64,000 nucleotides of DNA from Camelus ferus (GCF_009834535.1 NC_045696.1:90026001-90090000), one strand, 5' to 3'. Counted from the stretch's first letter, positions 25,915 through 38,359 are shown. Numbers and translations are program-made. Notes: generated by a model not told the origin, from the sequence alone.

Positions 25915-25986
25915 TTAGAAGCATTTATTTTATTTTATTTTTTTACCGAAGCGTAGTTGATTTATGGTGTTAGTTTAGAAGCATTT
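25915..25986 (-). mobile_element. Ultra-short L1 3'-tip insertion with 12-bp TSD
   Basis: TSD ttagaagcattt at 25915-25926 and 25975-25986 flanks a T-rich tail plus 'gaagcgtagttgatttatggtgttag', the reverse of the L1 terminus seen in the other L1s in this window. Confidence 0.75.
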
Positions 25987-26189
25987 TTTTAACAGTTGAT
26001 GATCAAAGTCCTTTCTCAACCAATGGAAGTAAATGCATGTTGGTCAAGACACTCTCACCTAGGTTGAAAGGAAGCCTCAGGTAGCTCCCAGGAGTCATCA
26101 GGTGGGCTTATCCAATCCTATCAGATTCCTTACAAGTAAGCATCCCTTAAAAAACAGTCAGCCTTCTGTTTAATTCAAGCCAACTCAGT

Positions 26190-26400
26190 TCATGTAAATG
26201 GATCATTTGTTCAGAACCTACCCTGCTCTGTTTCAGGCACTGGAAATATAAAGATGAATCAAAAATGTTTCTCCCCTTCAAGGAGTTTGTAGCCTTGTAG
26301 GGACACAGTCATGCTTGTAACTAATAGGGGAGACTAAAACCAGTGCTTAATAATGACATCAGAAATGTGCTATGACCCCATAAAGAGGACACTGGGAAGA
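26190..26400 (-). mobile_element. L2 3' fragment
   Basis: 'ggcactggaaatataaagatgaatcaaaaatgtttctccccttcaaggagtttgtagccttgtaggga'. Confidence 0.6.
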
Positions 26401-26404
26401 AGAA

Positions 26405-26630
26405 CTAATTCTTACTTAGTATCTATTATGTGCAATGCACTGAACTAGGTGCTTTCATATTCACCTTTCACTTTCATTCTTCACAACAACCCTAAGAGCT
26501 AAGAATTTCTATCTTATTCCTTAGAGGAGCAAACTGAGCCTCTAGGAGGTTGAATAACTGGCCTGAGGTCACATGACCATGACTGACAGAGCCAGGATGC
26601 CATCTATTCTAAAACCCATGTTTTCCACTG
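26405..26630 (-). mobile_element. MIR SINE
   Basis: 'cattcttcacaacaaccctaagag...gaggagcaaactgagcctctaggaggttgaataactggcctgaggtcaca'. Confidence 0.85.
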
Positions 26631-27164
26631 CTGACTTCACACTGCCACGGTTAATTTTTTTCTGGAGGATCAGAATAGTTTCATGGATGACAGGGGTGTC
26701 AGAGTTTATAGGTGGGATTTCAACAGAGGGAGACTGAGGAAAGGGCTGTGCAGGCATCAGCAATGAGCCCATCTTTTCTCTCAGCATAAGCTGTTGGGGA
26801 AGTTGCCATAGTTGTGGCATCAGACCAGCCCAGTGTAATGAGTCCCGCACTTCTTATTAGTCTCTGCCTCCTATCCTACTCCAGCCTAATTACAATATTG
26901 TTCCCACAGCACAGCGGTGGCTCTGCTACACCTGGAGGTCCCCCAGATCGTCTCCTGTGTGTGTCATTATTGCCATGAATCAGGTCCAGATTTGGACTGG
27001 CTGGGCCAAACCTGCACCCTGGAATTAGGAGTGCTGCTCTATCTTCCAAGGGTAGCCTGAAGGAACACCTCACATGGTAGAGCAGAGGTTAAGGGCAGGG
27101 AATAGGGTCATGTAACAGGGGACTGAGTGTTGGCTATGTCCACTGCCAGCTCTGTGACCTTACC

Positions 27165-27790
27165 TTTTCTTTTAAATAAACTTTAGATGTTAGAACAGTT
27201 TCAGGTCTACCAAAAAATTTCAAATATAGAACAGAGAGTTCCCATATACCTCGCACCCAGTTTTCCTTATCTACACTAGTATAGTTCATTTTATGCAATT
27301 AATAAACCAATATTGATACATTCTTATTAGTGAAAACCTATACCTCATTCAGACTGCCTTAGCTTCTACCTAATGTCCTGTTTCTGTTCCAGGATTCCAA
27401 CCAAGACGTTACGCTACATTTAGTCTCCATGTCTCCTTAGGTTCCTCTTAGCTGTTACACTTGTTCAGACTTTCCATATTTTTAATGACCTTGACAGTTT
27501 AGAGGAGGACTAATCAGGTATTTAGTAGAATGTTTCTCAGTTGGGATTTGGCTGGTGTTTTAGGGGGAAAGATCACAGTGGCAAAGCACCATTTTCATCA
27601 CATCACACCAAGGGAACATACTACCAGTATGACTTACTGATGTTGATGACTGTTGACCTTGACCACCTGGCTGAGGTCGGGTCTGTCAGGTTTCTCCACT
27701 ATACAGGTACAGTTTTTCTCCCCTTCTCCACAATGTACTCTTTGGAAGGAATTCCCTATGTGCAGCCCATGCTAAAAAAGTGGGTATTTT
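27165..27790 (-). mobile_element. Old L1 3' region (L1MC3-like) nested in a MIR
   Basis: 'agaacagagagttcccatatacc', 'cctaatgtcctgtttctgttccaggattcca' and 'gaccttgaccacctggctgaggt...gtcaggtttctccact'. MIR halves lie at ~27070-27165 and ~27795-27935 ('gtgcctcagtttcctgatctgtaaaattggggataatagta'). Confidence 0.85.
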
Positions 27791-27989
27791 GCTTTTTTGT
27801 GCCTCAGTTTCCTGATCTGTAAAATTGGGGATAATAGTAGAAAGTATTTTGTAGATATGTTGCACATCTTAAGTTAATACATGCAAAGCATTTAGAACGG
27901 TGTCCAGCACAGAATAAATAGTAAATATTAACAACTCCTATTGTCATATTCTTTTTATACCAGCTTCCTCATGGAAAAGTAAACTGGGA

Positions 27990-28860
27990 TAGTCATTCAT
28001 TCACTTATTCATTCATCCATTTAAGCATGGATGTTTTTAGCACTTGCTATGTGCCAAACACCGTGTTAGACCCTGGGGCTACTATGTTGAGCAAAAACAA
28101 ACACATCCCCTGACCTACAGAATAAAGCAATATGTATGTTCATTTGTGTAATAAAGTAATCACACAAATGAACATACACTTCCAAACAGCGAAGAGCACA
28201 ATGATGAAAAGTCACGTGGTGCTATGAGGGCATGTTTCAGGGGAACCTGCTTACTTCTCTGAGAAAGTGGCAGTTGAGCAGGCAGCTCAAGGATGGAGCC
28301 CTGGGGGACACATGATTAAGGAAGCAGCTGTGAGAAGGGAAGTATGACTAGCAGGTAGAGAGTGAGGAGGAGGGCAGATGATTGGAGGCTGGATAGGTAG
28401 GCAGGGCCAGACCAGGTGGAGCCTGTGGGTCACACCTTTAGTATTTACCCATAGTAGCCACTGCAGACTTTCAAGAAAGGAGAAATCCAATTCGATATCA
28501 GTTTCAAAGAGATCACCCTGGCCACAGGATAGAGTTGGGATTGGATGGGGTCAGAGTAGATGTGGGGAGGTCAAGCTACCGCAGTAATCCACATGGATAT
28601 GGATATGATGGCAAATCACACCACACAGGTGATCACAAAGATACGAGAAGTGGAAGGATTCCAGAGCACCCAGTTGCAAACTGGAAATGAAAGGGCAGGG
28701 AGCCAGAACGATGAAGCATGACATTAACTTTCTGTCTTGGGGACTCAGATGGCAGGCAGTGATATTTAGGGAAAGTCGAACACTGAGAGAAGACAGATCT
28801 GAGACACAGGGTTAGTGAAAGGATGAGGCAAGAGTGTAAAGAGATTGGAGTGCCCGGTGG
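27990..28860 (-). mobile_element. L2 3' region
   Basis: Starts with the reverse L2 tail 'cattcattcacttattcattcatcc...agcacttgctatgtgccaaacaccgtgttagaccctgggg' and continues with 'tttcaaagagatcaccctggc'. Confidence 0.8.
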
Positions 28861-28929
28861 TGTAGGACCCAACAGGTCACCTGCAGGAGTTTGGACTTCG
28901 TACAGTAGAATCTAGGAAACATTTTAGGC

Positions 28930-29490
28930 TGACTTGTTCCTAACATTCTTATGGCCCAAGGCAAGAGTCTAGACTGAGTTTCTAATTCCATGTGTCTTAA
29001 AGATCTTCCTCACCCCACAACTCAAAGACAGGCAACCTCTGCCCTCAAGGGGACCCCGCTACTCACCACTGTCACCAATGTCCTTTTAGGTTTCTTAAAA
29101 GAACCTGAGGATGGAAGATTAAAATTTACACTTCTCAGACTGTCTGGAGTTTGGCAGTTGAATGCAAAGATGTGGGGAGAGTCAGCCCTTAACTCTGGTG
29201 TCTAGGCCCCAGCCAGCCTGCTCCTCCTATTCCCACCCCCAAACGACCCTGTGCCACCAAGGACCTCCAGTGCAAGTCTATGGACAGCTCAGCCCACTCA
29301 TTCAAGCTCCAATCCACTCACCATCACCACCCCCAGGAAAAGCAGCTTCCCTTGACCACCCCACACAGATCCTAGAAGCCAACAGCGTACAAGTGCCCAG
29401 AACCCTGCACATCTGCAGGGAGGTCTGTAAAAGGGACACGTATTCCAGGGGACTGGGGTGAACTCTCCTCTCACCTGGGACTTACTTTCT
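28930..29490. mobile_element. Possible hAT-Tip100 relic (MER115/Zaphod-like)
   Basis: 'tatggcccaaggcaagagt' and 'tggacagctcagcccactcattcaagctccaatccac' resemble recalled MER115/Zaphod motifs. Very decayed. Confidence 0.4.
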
Positions 29491-30819
29491 TTCAATTACA
29501 TTTACCATTAGCACCACTGCTATATTACCTTGAGTATAACGCACTTACTGCCTGTCACATTTAAAATTTACTGTTTTGAAAGAAGGGGGGAATGTCATGC
29601 CCTTACCTTTCCAAATCGGATGACTGACTGAGATAAATGCTGCTTCCCTCTAAAAGTTCAAATAAAGGAAAAACCATCATCATAATAAACATCATCACCA
29701 TTCATCTCAGTGGTAATTACCCATTCATGCCAACCCCCCTCAAGATTTAAACTCTAGTTAAAATGCAGACAGATGAACAGATTGAAGAATGTAGCTTATT
29801 TATTTACTTCTAAAGTGAAAGTGTCATTCTGCAATTGAAAGACTTTAAGACAAATCTGATAGCCTAAATTACTCCCTACCAAAGGAAATGGCTTTGATAG
29901 AACAGGACATTAATAAACAATCTGGATTTTCCTCATTTATTTTCACGTTATTTATTTGTCATTTCTACTCTGTATTTCAAAAGGCAGCTTATGATAAAAA
30001 TCCATATACAAAAGCAGATCATTAAGAATGAAGAAAAAGATATGAGAAGCTGTTTAGAGGGGAAAAAAAAGAAACAATTTAATCATGAATCTGAAATCAG
30101 ACATCATTCATATAAGCACTAAATTGGTTCTGAGTTTCCTAGGAGCCAAGGCAAAGAAAGAAAAAAAAATGGGAGGAAGGTCATAAATCTCTCAAAGCCT
30201 GCTAAGGAGCATATTCTCAGTTCTTTAAAAGAGACATGCTTTCCCCTGCCACTAAAGTCGTATCAAACAGTGCCTCCAAGTAGCAATGTCAAGGGTTGCA
30301 AAAATTTCTTCATTTCATTATTAGTCCTGCACATGATCTAAATGTGCAACAAGAAGACATCTGTGGAAAATAAGCTATTGCCAAGCACATGCTTCCCGAA
30401 GAACTGGACTATTGTAGGGTTCAATATTAAGCAACTCAGAACATGGAGAGCCAGTGTGCCCTGATGCTGTCTGCCACATGTCAATTGCCTCAGGAGCATC
30501 TGATAACCAATACAAGACTGAGCTTTAAGTGCTTGTGCTCCTGTTAACTAAAAAGTGTGTTTCAAAAGGTCTATAAAATAGTTAACTAAGAGGAAATACA
30601 CAATGTAAAAATTTTCAGTCTCCAAGCAAATATGGCTTAATTTATAACACCAATTATAAGAGAGCTCAGCAACCAACTTGAACTCAGACAAAAAAAAAAA
30701 AAAAACCAGGAAAATCATAAGTTATGCCTGTGATATACTCAGCCTAGTAGCATACCAGCCTCCTTTCACCAGGCTGGACTTACAAAGAGACTGAGATTTT
30801 TGAATTCTCAAATGGCTGC

Positions 30820-31262
30820 AGACAGCAATTTTTCTCTTCTTTCTAAGTAGTAGAAAGGAGTCTTCCCAGACTCCTCTGTGGCAATGGCTGGGCATGTTGG
30901 TCCTGGGACACAGTTACAGACAAGAAGATACAAGCCAAGTCTACCAGGAGGGGCCTCTGGAGGCTTGCTAAATGGGGGCTCAGCTGACACCTGCATTTTG
31001 TTTCTTGCTTTACGTCTTTCATCTTTTTTAAAAGTAAACAAACTGTCTGGAGAAAGATCAGCCATGTGGGGACAATGAGTATAAATCCCAGAGATAACAC
31101 CGAAAGGAGGGTGGAAAGAGCCTGGGTGCTGATGGCTCCCTCAGGCAGCTCCACCATCCCTGGTCTGCCTCCTCTTGTCCTTCTAATGAAGTGGAAAAAA
31201 TAAACCCCTTTTTAGTTAGCCACTCCAGTTTTTGTCACAATCAGCAGAACATAATCCCTACT
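30820..31262 (+). mobile_element. MaLR solo LTR, MLT1K/L-like
   Basis: 'ttcccagactcctctgtggc', 'ggtggaaagagcctgggtgctgatgg' and 'aaaaataaaccccttttagttagccact'. Confidence 0.65.
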
Positions 31263-31384
31263 TAAAAAACAGGCATGGACCTACCTCTCTAAATGCCTCC
31301 TTCAACAAACTAAACGTAAAAGTGAGATTTCTAGTCCAGGGATACTGGGCAGAAGAGAATCTCCCTTTCAGTGCAGCATCTGTC

Positions 31385-31765
31385 TGGTGGTAGAAGTGTT
31401 GAAGATGTTCACCAAACCTGTTTTCCTCCTCATTCCACAGCTGAGTACATTTTGCATCCTCTCCATGAGATGAGTCCATGTGGCCAAGTCCTGGCCAGTG
31501 AAACAGGGAAGTGGTGTGTTGCATAAAACCCTCCCCACCATTCACTGTGCTGGCTTTTTTCCCATCCTCCAGCAGAACATGAAGGAGGACGAGCTCCTGG
31601 AAAATGATAGAGCCACACAAAGGAAGAGGCACAGGTCCCCTACCCAGGGGGCAGAGCCCTGCACCCGCTGGAACAGAACAGCAACACACAAGAAAAACTG
31701 TTTTTTATGTTAAGTCGCCAAGCGTTTGAGGTTTCTATCACAATAGCCAGCCTACTATAAATGTA
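31385..31765 (+). mobile_element. MaLR solo LTR, MLT1I/J-like
   Basis: 'acattttgcatcctctcc...ccatgtggccaagtcctggccagtgaaacagggaagtg' and 'aagaaaaactgttttttatgttaagtcgcc'. Confidence 0.6.
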
Positions 31766-31814
31766 ACTCCAGGAATGGTCTCCAAAGTGGACGAGGGCAA
31801 GCACTGTAGCAAGT

Positions 31815-32035
31815 ACATAGCTGATCCACGGAGGAGCAGTGAAAAAAGTATTACAGATTCTACTTAGCCACATTTTTAATGAATTTAACCACTTTTTGGC
31901 CATTTTTAAATGTGTGTATGTTAGTAAAGTTCTGTATGTATAAACAAATATGCTTATATTGAAATTATGCTCAAAAATGTTTTTTACTGAATGGGATGCA
32001 AAATTCTAAAAAAAAAAAAAATGTGGATATCATTG
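31815..32035. mobile_element. Possible hAT-Charlie relic (Charlie4-like)
   Basis: AT-rich body ending 'tttttactgaatgggatgcaaaattc...aaaatgtggatatcattg' resembles the recalled Charlie4z end. Confidence 0.35.
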
Positions 32036-34011
32036 TTCGAGGACAGGAGTTTTAAAGCATTTTTAAGCCACAAAACTCACTTTCACATAAGAACTTCCAT
32101 GTGAGGCCACTACAGAAAACAGGTGATGGCTTTGCTGCTCTGATTAATGAGAGTGGGGGCCCCAAACCCCATCTCTCTCTGCCTGACCCTGGAAGGAACG
32201 AGGCTACATAGGGGAAGGTGGGGAAGGCTCGTATTGATGTTTTGTGTAAGATTTCGAGTAGAAAGAGGATCATATTGTTCAATTTTTAAAAACAATTATG
32301 CTCTACAGACTCCAGGGAGCAAAGCAATGTTGACAACACTCTAAAGACCTTTATAGTTGACACATCCTAGTCTCCTGTTTCTTGGTTTGAACTGGCCACT
32401 TACACACTGATGCTCTTCCTTGAGGATGAAGGGGGCTGGGAGACCTGACCACCTGTCCTTGCTTGATGCTACTGCCAAATTTCTTCACCTTCATCTAAGC
32501 TCCAGGAACAGAGCAGGAGGAGGCAGAAAAAGAGAGGAGATGGCAAAGCCAAGATAAAGCGGTATCGTTTCCTGGGCAGTTTGAGAAACCAGGAGCAGCT
32601 TCGACGTCCTGGGCTTCTGCTTACAGGTGCACAGAAAGGCCAAGCAGAGGCCATGGTTTCCTCCCCAGTAACCTGGCTCCTCTTTCATCAGGCTGAGAGT
32701 GCAAAGGAGCCGAGAATTTAGTCCAAAGAAAGTACTTAAAACCACTTAGAAACAAGAAGTCTTGCGTGAAATTAAACCTGTGTTACTGATAAGTGAGAAA
32801 TACAAAAGAATTATTGACACACCAAAGAACCCAGAAAATATAGCGCCCTGTTTCTATGGCAAGACCACCCGGAAACCCAATGCATTCAGGGAACACAGGG
32901 CCTGTGTCAGCCACTCCTCGACTCTTAAAAATGAGGTCCGAAAATTAACCAGTGTCAATCTGAAGTACACAAACCTCTGACTAATTTCTTCTTTTTCTTC
33001 AGGGTGGAGACAAGGAGAAGAAAATAATAACAAAATTACTCCTGGCAGCCAAGTATGGCGTGGAAAGCAATATTAACTACAAGTGTCATCTGACTTTCCA
33101 CTGTTCCTAGCAAGCTTGTGCTGTCAAATATTTACATCTATTCTTAAACTATCGCTACCTCTTAATTTTTCAATATATAAAAATAAATGTTTTCAACTTT
33201 TCCCCCCATTACAGCACCATTTGTCTCATACACTACTTCAGGCTCCACCGAGTCAGTACAGTTTATACCGTCAGACATCATTGAGTCGACAGTAGTTAAT
33301 TAGAGTTGCGAGCCTTCCATCCCTAAGTGCTTTTCCCACCCAGCCCCGCCACTCAGTGGCCCCAGCTTCTGACAGGTACCGATAATGTAATTACTATCTC
33401 AGCCATCATATCCAGTACCAAGACTACCCCTTCGTATTGTCAGTGTTTTAAGGGCAGAGCTATCTTTGAGCTCAGTGTTGCTTTATTAAATGAACATAAA
33501 GCAACTCAGATGACAATAAAAAGCAACTCGTTAAATGGAATGTCCCTATAAGAACATCCATTTGCTTTCTCTGTGACAGATGCTGTCACGAGGTTTATAT
33601 GTGACTTCTCTTTCTTCTCCTCCCCGTGACTATGTTTGCTGTCCTGATGATAAATCTGCAGTCTACGCTGAGCAGAAGACAAATAGCTGGGGCTTTTCCA
33701 TTCACCAAGGCTACGGGCCGCATCTGTCATCCTTCCACTTCTGTTTTCCTTTTAATTATCTCACTTCGCTCAGAAACTGGACTTCAAATCATAAGCCTAA
33801 GGAGGAACTAGATTTTAATTTACAGAAGCGCTGCTAAATATTTGTGTTCTAAAGGCTATATCTCATAATAAAGATGGAGCCACAGGGCTCTTTAAACCAA
33901 ATGACAACAATAAACATTTTTCTTTGTGGCATGGTTTTTTGCTTCAAATCAAACCTGAGTTCACCTACAGCCCATCAACCAAAAAGTTATTATTAAGATT
34001 GCATTCCCCTT

Positions 34012-34758
34012 GAACCCTCCTACACTGCTGGTGGGAATGGCAGTTTGGTGTAGCCACTGGTGGAAAACAGTATGGAGATTCCTCAAAAGACTAGGAATAG
34101 ACTTACCATATGACCCAGAAATCCTGCTCCTGGGCATATATCCAGAAGGAACCCTACTTCAAAAAGACACCTTCACCTCAATGTTCACAGCAGCACTATT
34201 TACAATAGCAAAGACATGGAAACAGCCTAAATGTCCTTCAACAGATGAGTGGATAAAGAAGATGTGGTATATTTATACAATGGAATACTATTCAGCCACA
34301 AAAATGACAACATAAAGCCATTTGCAGCAACATGGATGTCCCAGGAGAATGTCATTCTAAGTGAAGTAAGCCAGAAAGAGAAAGAAAAATACCATATGAG
34401 ATCGCTTATATGTGGAATCTAAAAAAAAAAAAAAAAAAAGAACATAAATACAAAACAAACAGACTCATAGACATAGAATACAAACTTGTGGTTGCCAAAG
34501 GAAGGGGGCGGGGGGTGGGAAGGGACAGACTGGGATTTCAAAATTTGTAGATACTGACAGGCATATGCAGAATAGGTAAACAAGATTATACTGTATAGCA
34601 CAGGGAAATATATACAAGATCTTGTGGTAGCTCACAGCAAAAAAAACATGTGACAATGAATATATGTATGTTCATGTATAACTGAAAAATCATGCTCTAC
34701 ACTGGAATTTGACACAACATTGTAAAATGATTATAACTCAATAGAAAATGTTTAAAAA
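34012..34758 (+). mobile_element. 5'-truncated lineage-specific L1 with 17-bp TSD
   Basis: ORF 34010-34315 ([27 protein letters not shown]...[36 protein letters not shown]) is the L1 ORF2 C-terminus. TSD aagattgcattcccctt (33995-34011) / aagattacattcccctt (34759-34775). Confidence 0.97.
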
Positions 34759-35569
34759 AAGATTACATTCCCCTTTTCCAATCTGCCACACAGTAGCCTA
34801 AATTAATCACACAGTAGACAGGAATTTTCTTAAATGGGCCATTTCTTCAGGAACTTCTGAGGGTTGACTTAGGCCTCTAGTTGGGGCCAGCTGATCACCT
34901 CGGAGGTGGTCCCACTCTGCTCCATCAGGAAAGCGTTCCTCTTTTTCTTATTTTCCCTCCAGCTCTGCAGGTTCTACCCCCGGAGACTAAGGAAGCTAAT
35001 ATTGAGACCATATTAAGACTGTTCAAACAAGCTCCCCCATTCATTAAGCACAAGGTCTGTTCCAAAGCACCCTGACTGTGCTGCCCATAGTTGAGTTGTT
35101 CCAGCTCCCTCAGGGTCCCAGCACAGGTATGTGCAAGGCTGTGGATCAGGTCCCAGGTAGATCATAGTGCTGGAGAGATTTCACACCAATTAAGAGAACT
35201 GATGGCCCCAGGATCAGCAGGAGGGAGGGGGCAGTTACCATTCCTCAGCATTCTGTCTGGCAGCCTCTGTCAGAGATATTAAAGTCCTTTCAAAGGGGAT
35301 ATATTATTTCTATAAGCCCAAAGGTCTGGGTTAAGTGCTTTCCTTTTATATTTCTTTTCTTTCAAGGGGAAAAAAAAGACTTTACAACTTCCAATAAGAA
35401 AGGTGAGTTCATGTTTCAAGAAAATTGATTGAATGAACTCCAGCATGGCAGTGTTGTCAGTGATGTCTAAGAAGATGAAGAAAAATCCAATTTTATGGGT
35501 CAGGTTGGGTGATGTGATGCAAAGAGTAAACAAATGGCAGAAATCTGCAGGGTTTGTAGGCTCTAATTT

Positions 35570-35700
35570 TAGAGATGGAAGGCGCTAAAGAGATCCTTAA
35601 ATGCAAGCACCAAGTTGGTTAGGGAAGGAAACTGAGTCTGCAACTGGCTCACATTTGCCCAACAAGCAGGTGGCAGAATGAGAGCAAGAACCCAGGGCTC
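35570..35700 (-). mobile_element. MIR SINE fragment
   Basis: 'gatggaaggcgctaaagagatc...ggaaactgagtc...gcaggtggcagaatgagagcaagaacccagg'. Confidence 0.5.
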
Positions 35701-37134
35701 TTGTCGGGTCATTAAGAGTTCAGTAAGCAACTAAGGTATGCAGTAGGCTGTACAACATGGGACTCTGAGGTCCCTCACCCACTCTCCCCCCAAATACAAT
35801 CAGTATCATAAGTAGGAGCCATTCTAGCATTTCTCCAAATGGACTAATTATATGGTTTGCTTTCAAAGAATTAGAAGAAAAAAGCAAAACTCAAGACCTA
35901 ATACTGCATTACATTAAAAAATTATAGTGTTATTTAAATATGTATAAATGTAAAACTAAACCTCTTTTATTGTTCTTTTAAGCAACTATCAAACCAGAGC
36001 AAATTTTTCAAATTAAATGCAAATAAAACTACAAGACCAATAAAATCCAATTAATAGCCTTCCTTTAATGTGACAAATTTATGTGCTTTTGCCAAAACCG
36101 AGTCACCGCTGGGAACGTGCATGTGGTGCTGACTGCTAATGGGCAGGTTCTCTGGGCTGGGCAGACCCATTCCACTGTGTGTGGGGGCTGCCTTTTGGCC
36201 AGTTTCTGGTCTTCCTCCTTAGCCCAGACTAGGAAGTTGGGATAATTCTGGCATCAACACAAGCAGGAACACAAGCCCAGTGTTCAGTTACAGGATGGCC
36301 CAGAAGATGCTTAGATCAATTTTCAGACTATAGTTGAAAAAAAAAAAAGGTGATAATTTTAAAGAGTCTCATAGAACATGCATTGTAACCTCCAGAACAC
36401 AGCCCCAGATCAGTTTGAGGGATTCTGGTCAATTTATCACTTTTAGTTATTTTTTCATTGTTTTCCATTTAAAATCATAGAATCAGAAGACAAAGCTGGC
36501 TCAAATAGAAATATACTCTATATAATTCAATTAAGACAAAAGAGTTTTATTGGATAGTTTTATGTCATTCCAAGTTAGAGCATCATTTTAATACTTAAAC
36601 ATCCCCTACGATGAAAAGTACTCCATCCATCTGCTGGTAAGTGATTAGAGGACACTCCCAGTATTCATAAAGGCTTGTCCTAGAGCTTGGTAGAATATGA
36701 AAATCATAAATGTAAATCAAAGCTGTGTGGCAGTAACATATAAGCCCCCAGTGAGGGCTAAGCCACAGGACAGGAGCGTCAGCAGCCTGGAGGTCTGCAG
36801 CAAGAGCAGTGAGGCCCAGGGCAAACATTTGAAAGTATAACTTGAAAAACCACATCCACAAAGTTTGCTGTAAGCCTCTTCTATTGTCATAAAGGATGTA
36901 GTCATTTTCTTATGTAAGTCCTTTACTTTTCAGTGCCATTGTGTACTAATGTCACACTAAAATTCCTTTAACCACAATTCCAGACTGGATGTGTTTTTTT
37001 CAGTCTGTAAACAGATCTCAGCTTGATGCAGCAGGTAAAGAGAAGAATATTTATTGTTAAACACCCTCAATTCTCAGATTCACAGTCCTGGGTGTCTTAA
37101 CACCAGATGCAGCACCACCTTTATCTTTTAGAAA

Positions 37135-37420
37135 TTCAATTGGGTAATCATCCACGGAGCACCCACTGTCTGCCAGGTAGTGTGCTGGGGACACAACTGC
37201 AAATAAGGAAGGACAACTCCTCATAATAGTCACAGTCTAGACAAGGAGAGGAGATTGGCTCAGAACCATCAAGGTAGGGCATCTAATGTTACAGCAGGAT
37301 CAAGCACAAGAGGAGGAAGGAGCACTGAAGAGGAACAAATCATTGTATCTGGGCTGGAGGTGAGAAAAGGCTTTCTAGGGGAAGTGATATTCCAGACAGG
37401 CTTTCAAAAAATGAAAAGGA
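37135..37420 (-). mobile_element. L2 3' fragment
   Basis: 'gagcacccactgtctgccaggtagtgtgctggggacaca' and 'gagaaaaggctttctaggggaagtgatatt'. Confidence 0.7.
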
Positions 37421-37434
37421 GTTCACTACAAAAA

Positions 37435-37554
37435 AGACCAACAGATACACATTACTATATAGAAAACAGATAAATGACACTGACCTACTGTAGAGCACAG
37501 GGAATTATATTCGATTTCTTGTAATGAGATGTAATGGAAAAGAATCTGAAAAAA

Positions 37555-37587
<33 letters not shown>

Positions 37588-37670
37588 ACAACTGAATCAC
37601 TTTGCTGTAGACCTGAAACCAACATTATAAATCAACTACACTTTAATAAAAAATAAGAATTAAAAAAAAT
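37435..37670 (+). mobile_element. L1 3' UTR fragment (cetartiodactyl type) containing (TG)14
   Basis: 'gacctactgtagagcacagggaattatattc...aatggaaaagaatctgaaaaaa' and 'aactgaatcactttgctgtagacctgaaacc...aaatcaactacactttaataaaaa'. TG run at 37557-37584. Confidence 0.9.
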
Positions 37671-37749
37671 TAAGTGGGAGAAGATGCAGAGGAAACAAAT
37701 GCAAATGGTATAATGTGATGACAAGGATGATACCAGACACACTTCAGAT

Positions 37750-37880
37750 CTTCTCTTTCACTTAATCTTCACAACAGATTTAGCTGCATTTTACTGATGA
37801 GAAATTTGAGCCTTAGGGAGATTCACCTGCCCAAGATCCTACAGCTAATAAGCGGCAAAGCTCAAGTCAAGCCAGGAACA
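37750..37880 (-). mobile_element. MIR SINE
   Basis: 'cacttaatcttcacaac...attttactgatgagaaatttgagc...cctgcccaagatcctacagctaataagcggcaaagct'. Confidence 0.8.
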
Positions 37881-38320
37881 AGATCACAGCCTGTATTTTT
37901 CATCCCTCCAATCTTCTGTTGGGAAGGCTATCAATAGTCTGATAGTGCCAAAGCATGAAGTAGAAGGCAGAGAGAAAAAACACATCTGACTGCTAAAGTC
38001 CTACATTTCTATCAACATGTATATGGGTGACTATGAAATACAGTAACACCCTCTCAAATGTTGTTGCAAAGGATAGGACTGATGTTTCCTACACAAACTA
38101 TGTTATTGATGTTTATATGTATTAGAGATCTTTGTTATACCAATCTCTGATTTCATTCTTCTCAGAAAAGGTGGAATTTTTGTTTCTTTGCTTACTTTTG
38201 ATTTTAAATAATCAAGTGGATGTGATGAATGTCTTCATAAGATGTTCACATGTAAATAAATTCACGAATTAGACAAAATCTTTTATTAGTCCACATGTCC
38301 CACTTCCATGTTTAGAAATC

Positions 38321-38321
<1 letters not shown>

Positions 38322-38359
<38 letters not shown>
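38322..38359. repeat. (AC)19 microsatellite
   Basis: Directly visible perfect run. Confidence 0.98.

Noticed and set aside
30820..31765. Two co-oriented MaLR LTRs as a collapsed provirus
   Set aside because: The two LTRs are dissimilar (different subfamilies) and only ~120 bp apart with no internal sequence. Independent solo LTRs.
32978..33110. Strong + strand acceptor (ctgactaatttcttctttttcttcag|G) followed by GGDKEKKIITKLLLAAKYG, faintly ankyrin-like
   Set aside because: No good donor before the stop codon, the motif resemblance is only ~6 residues, and the strand is opposite to the inferred host transcript.
33644..33671. C/D-box-like motifs (TGATGA...CTGA)
   Set aside because: Spacing is far too short for a snoRNA and there is no terminal stem.
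35367..35402. 36-nt in-frame + strand micro-exon candidate (GKKKTLQLPIRK) with GTGAGT donor
   Set aside because: Less common AAG acceptor, contains an A homopolymer, has no partner exons, and lies on the disfavoured strand.
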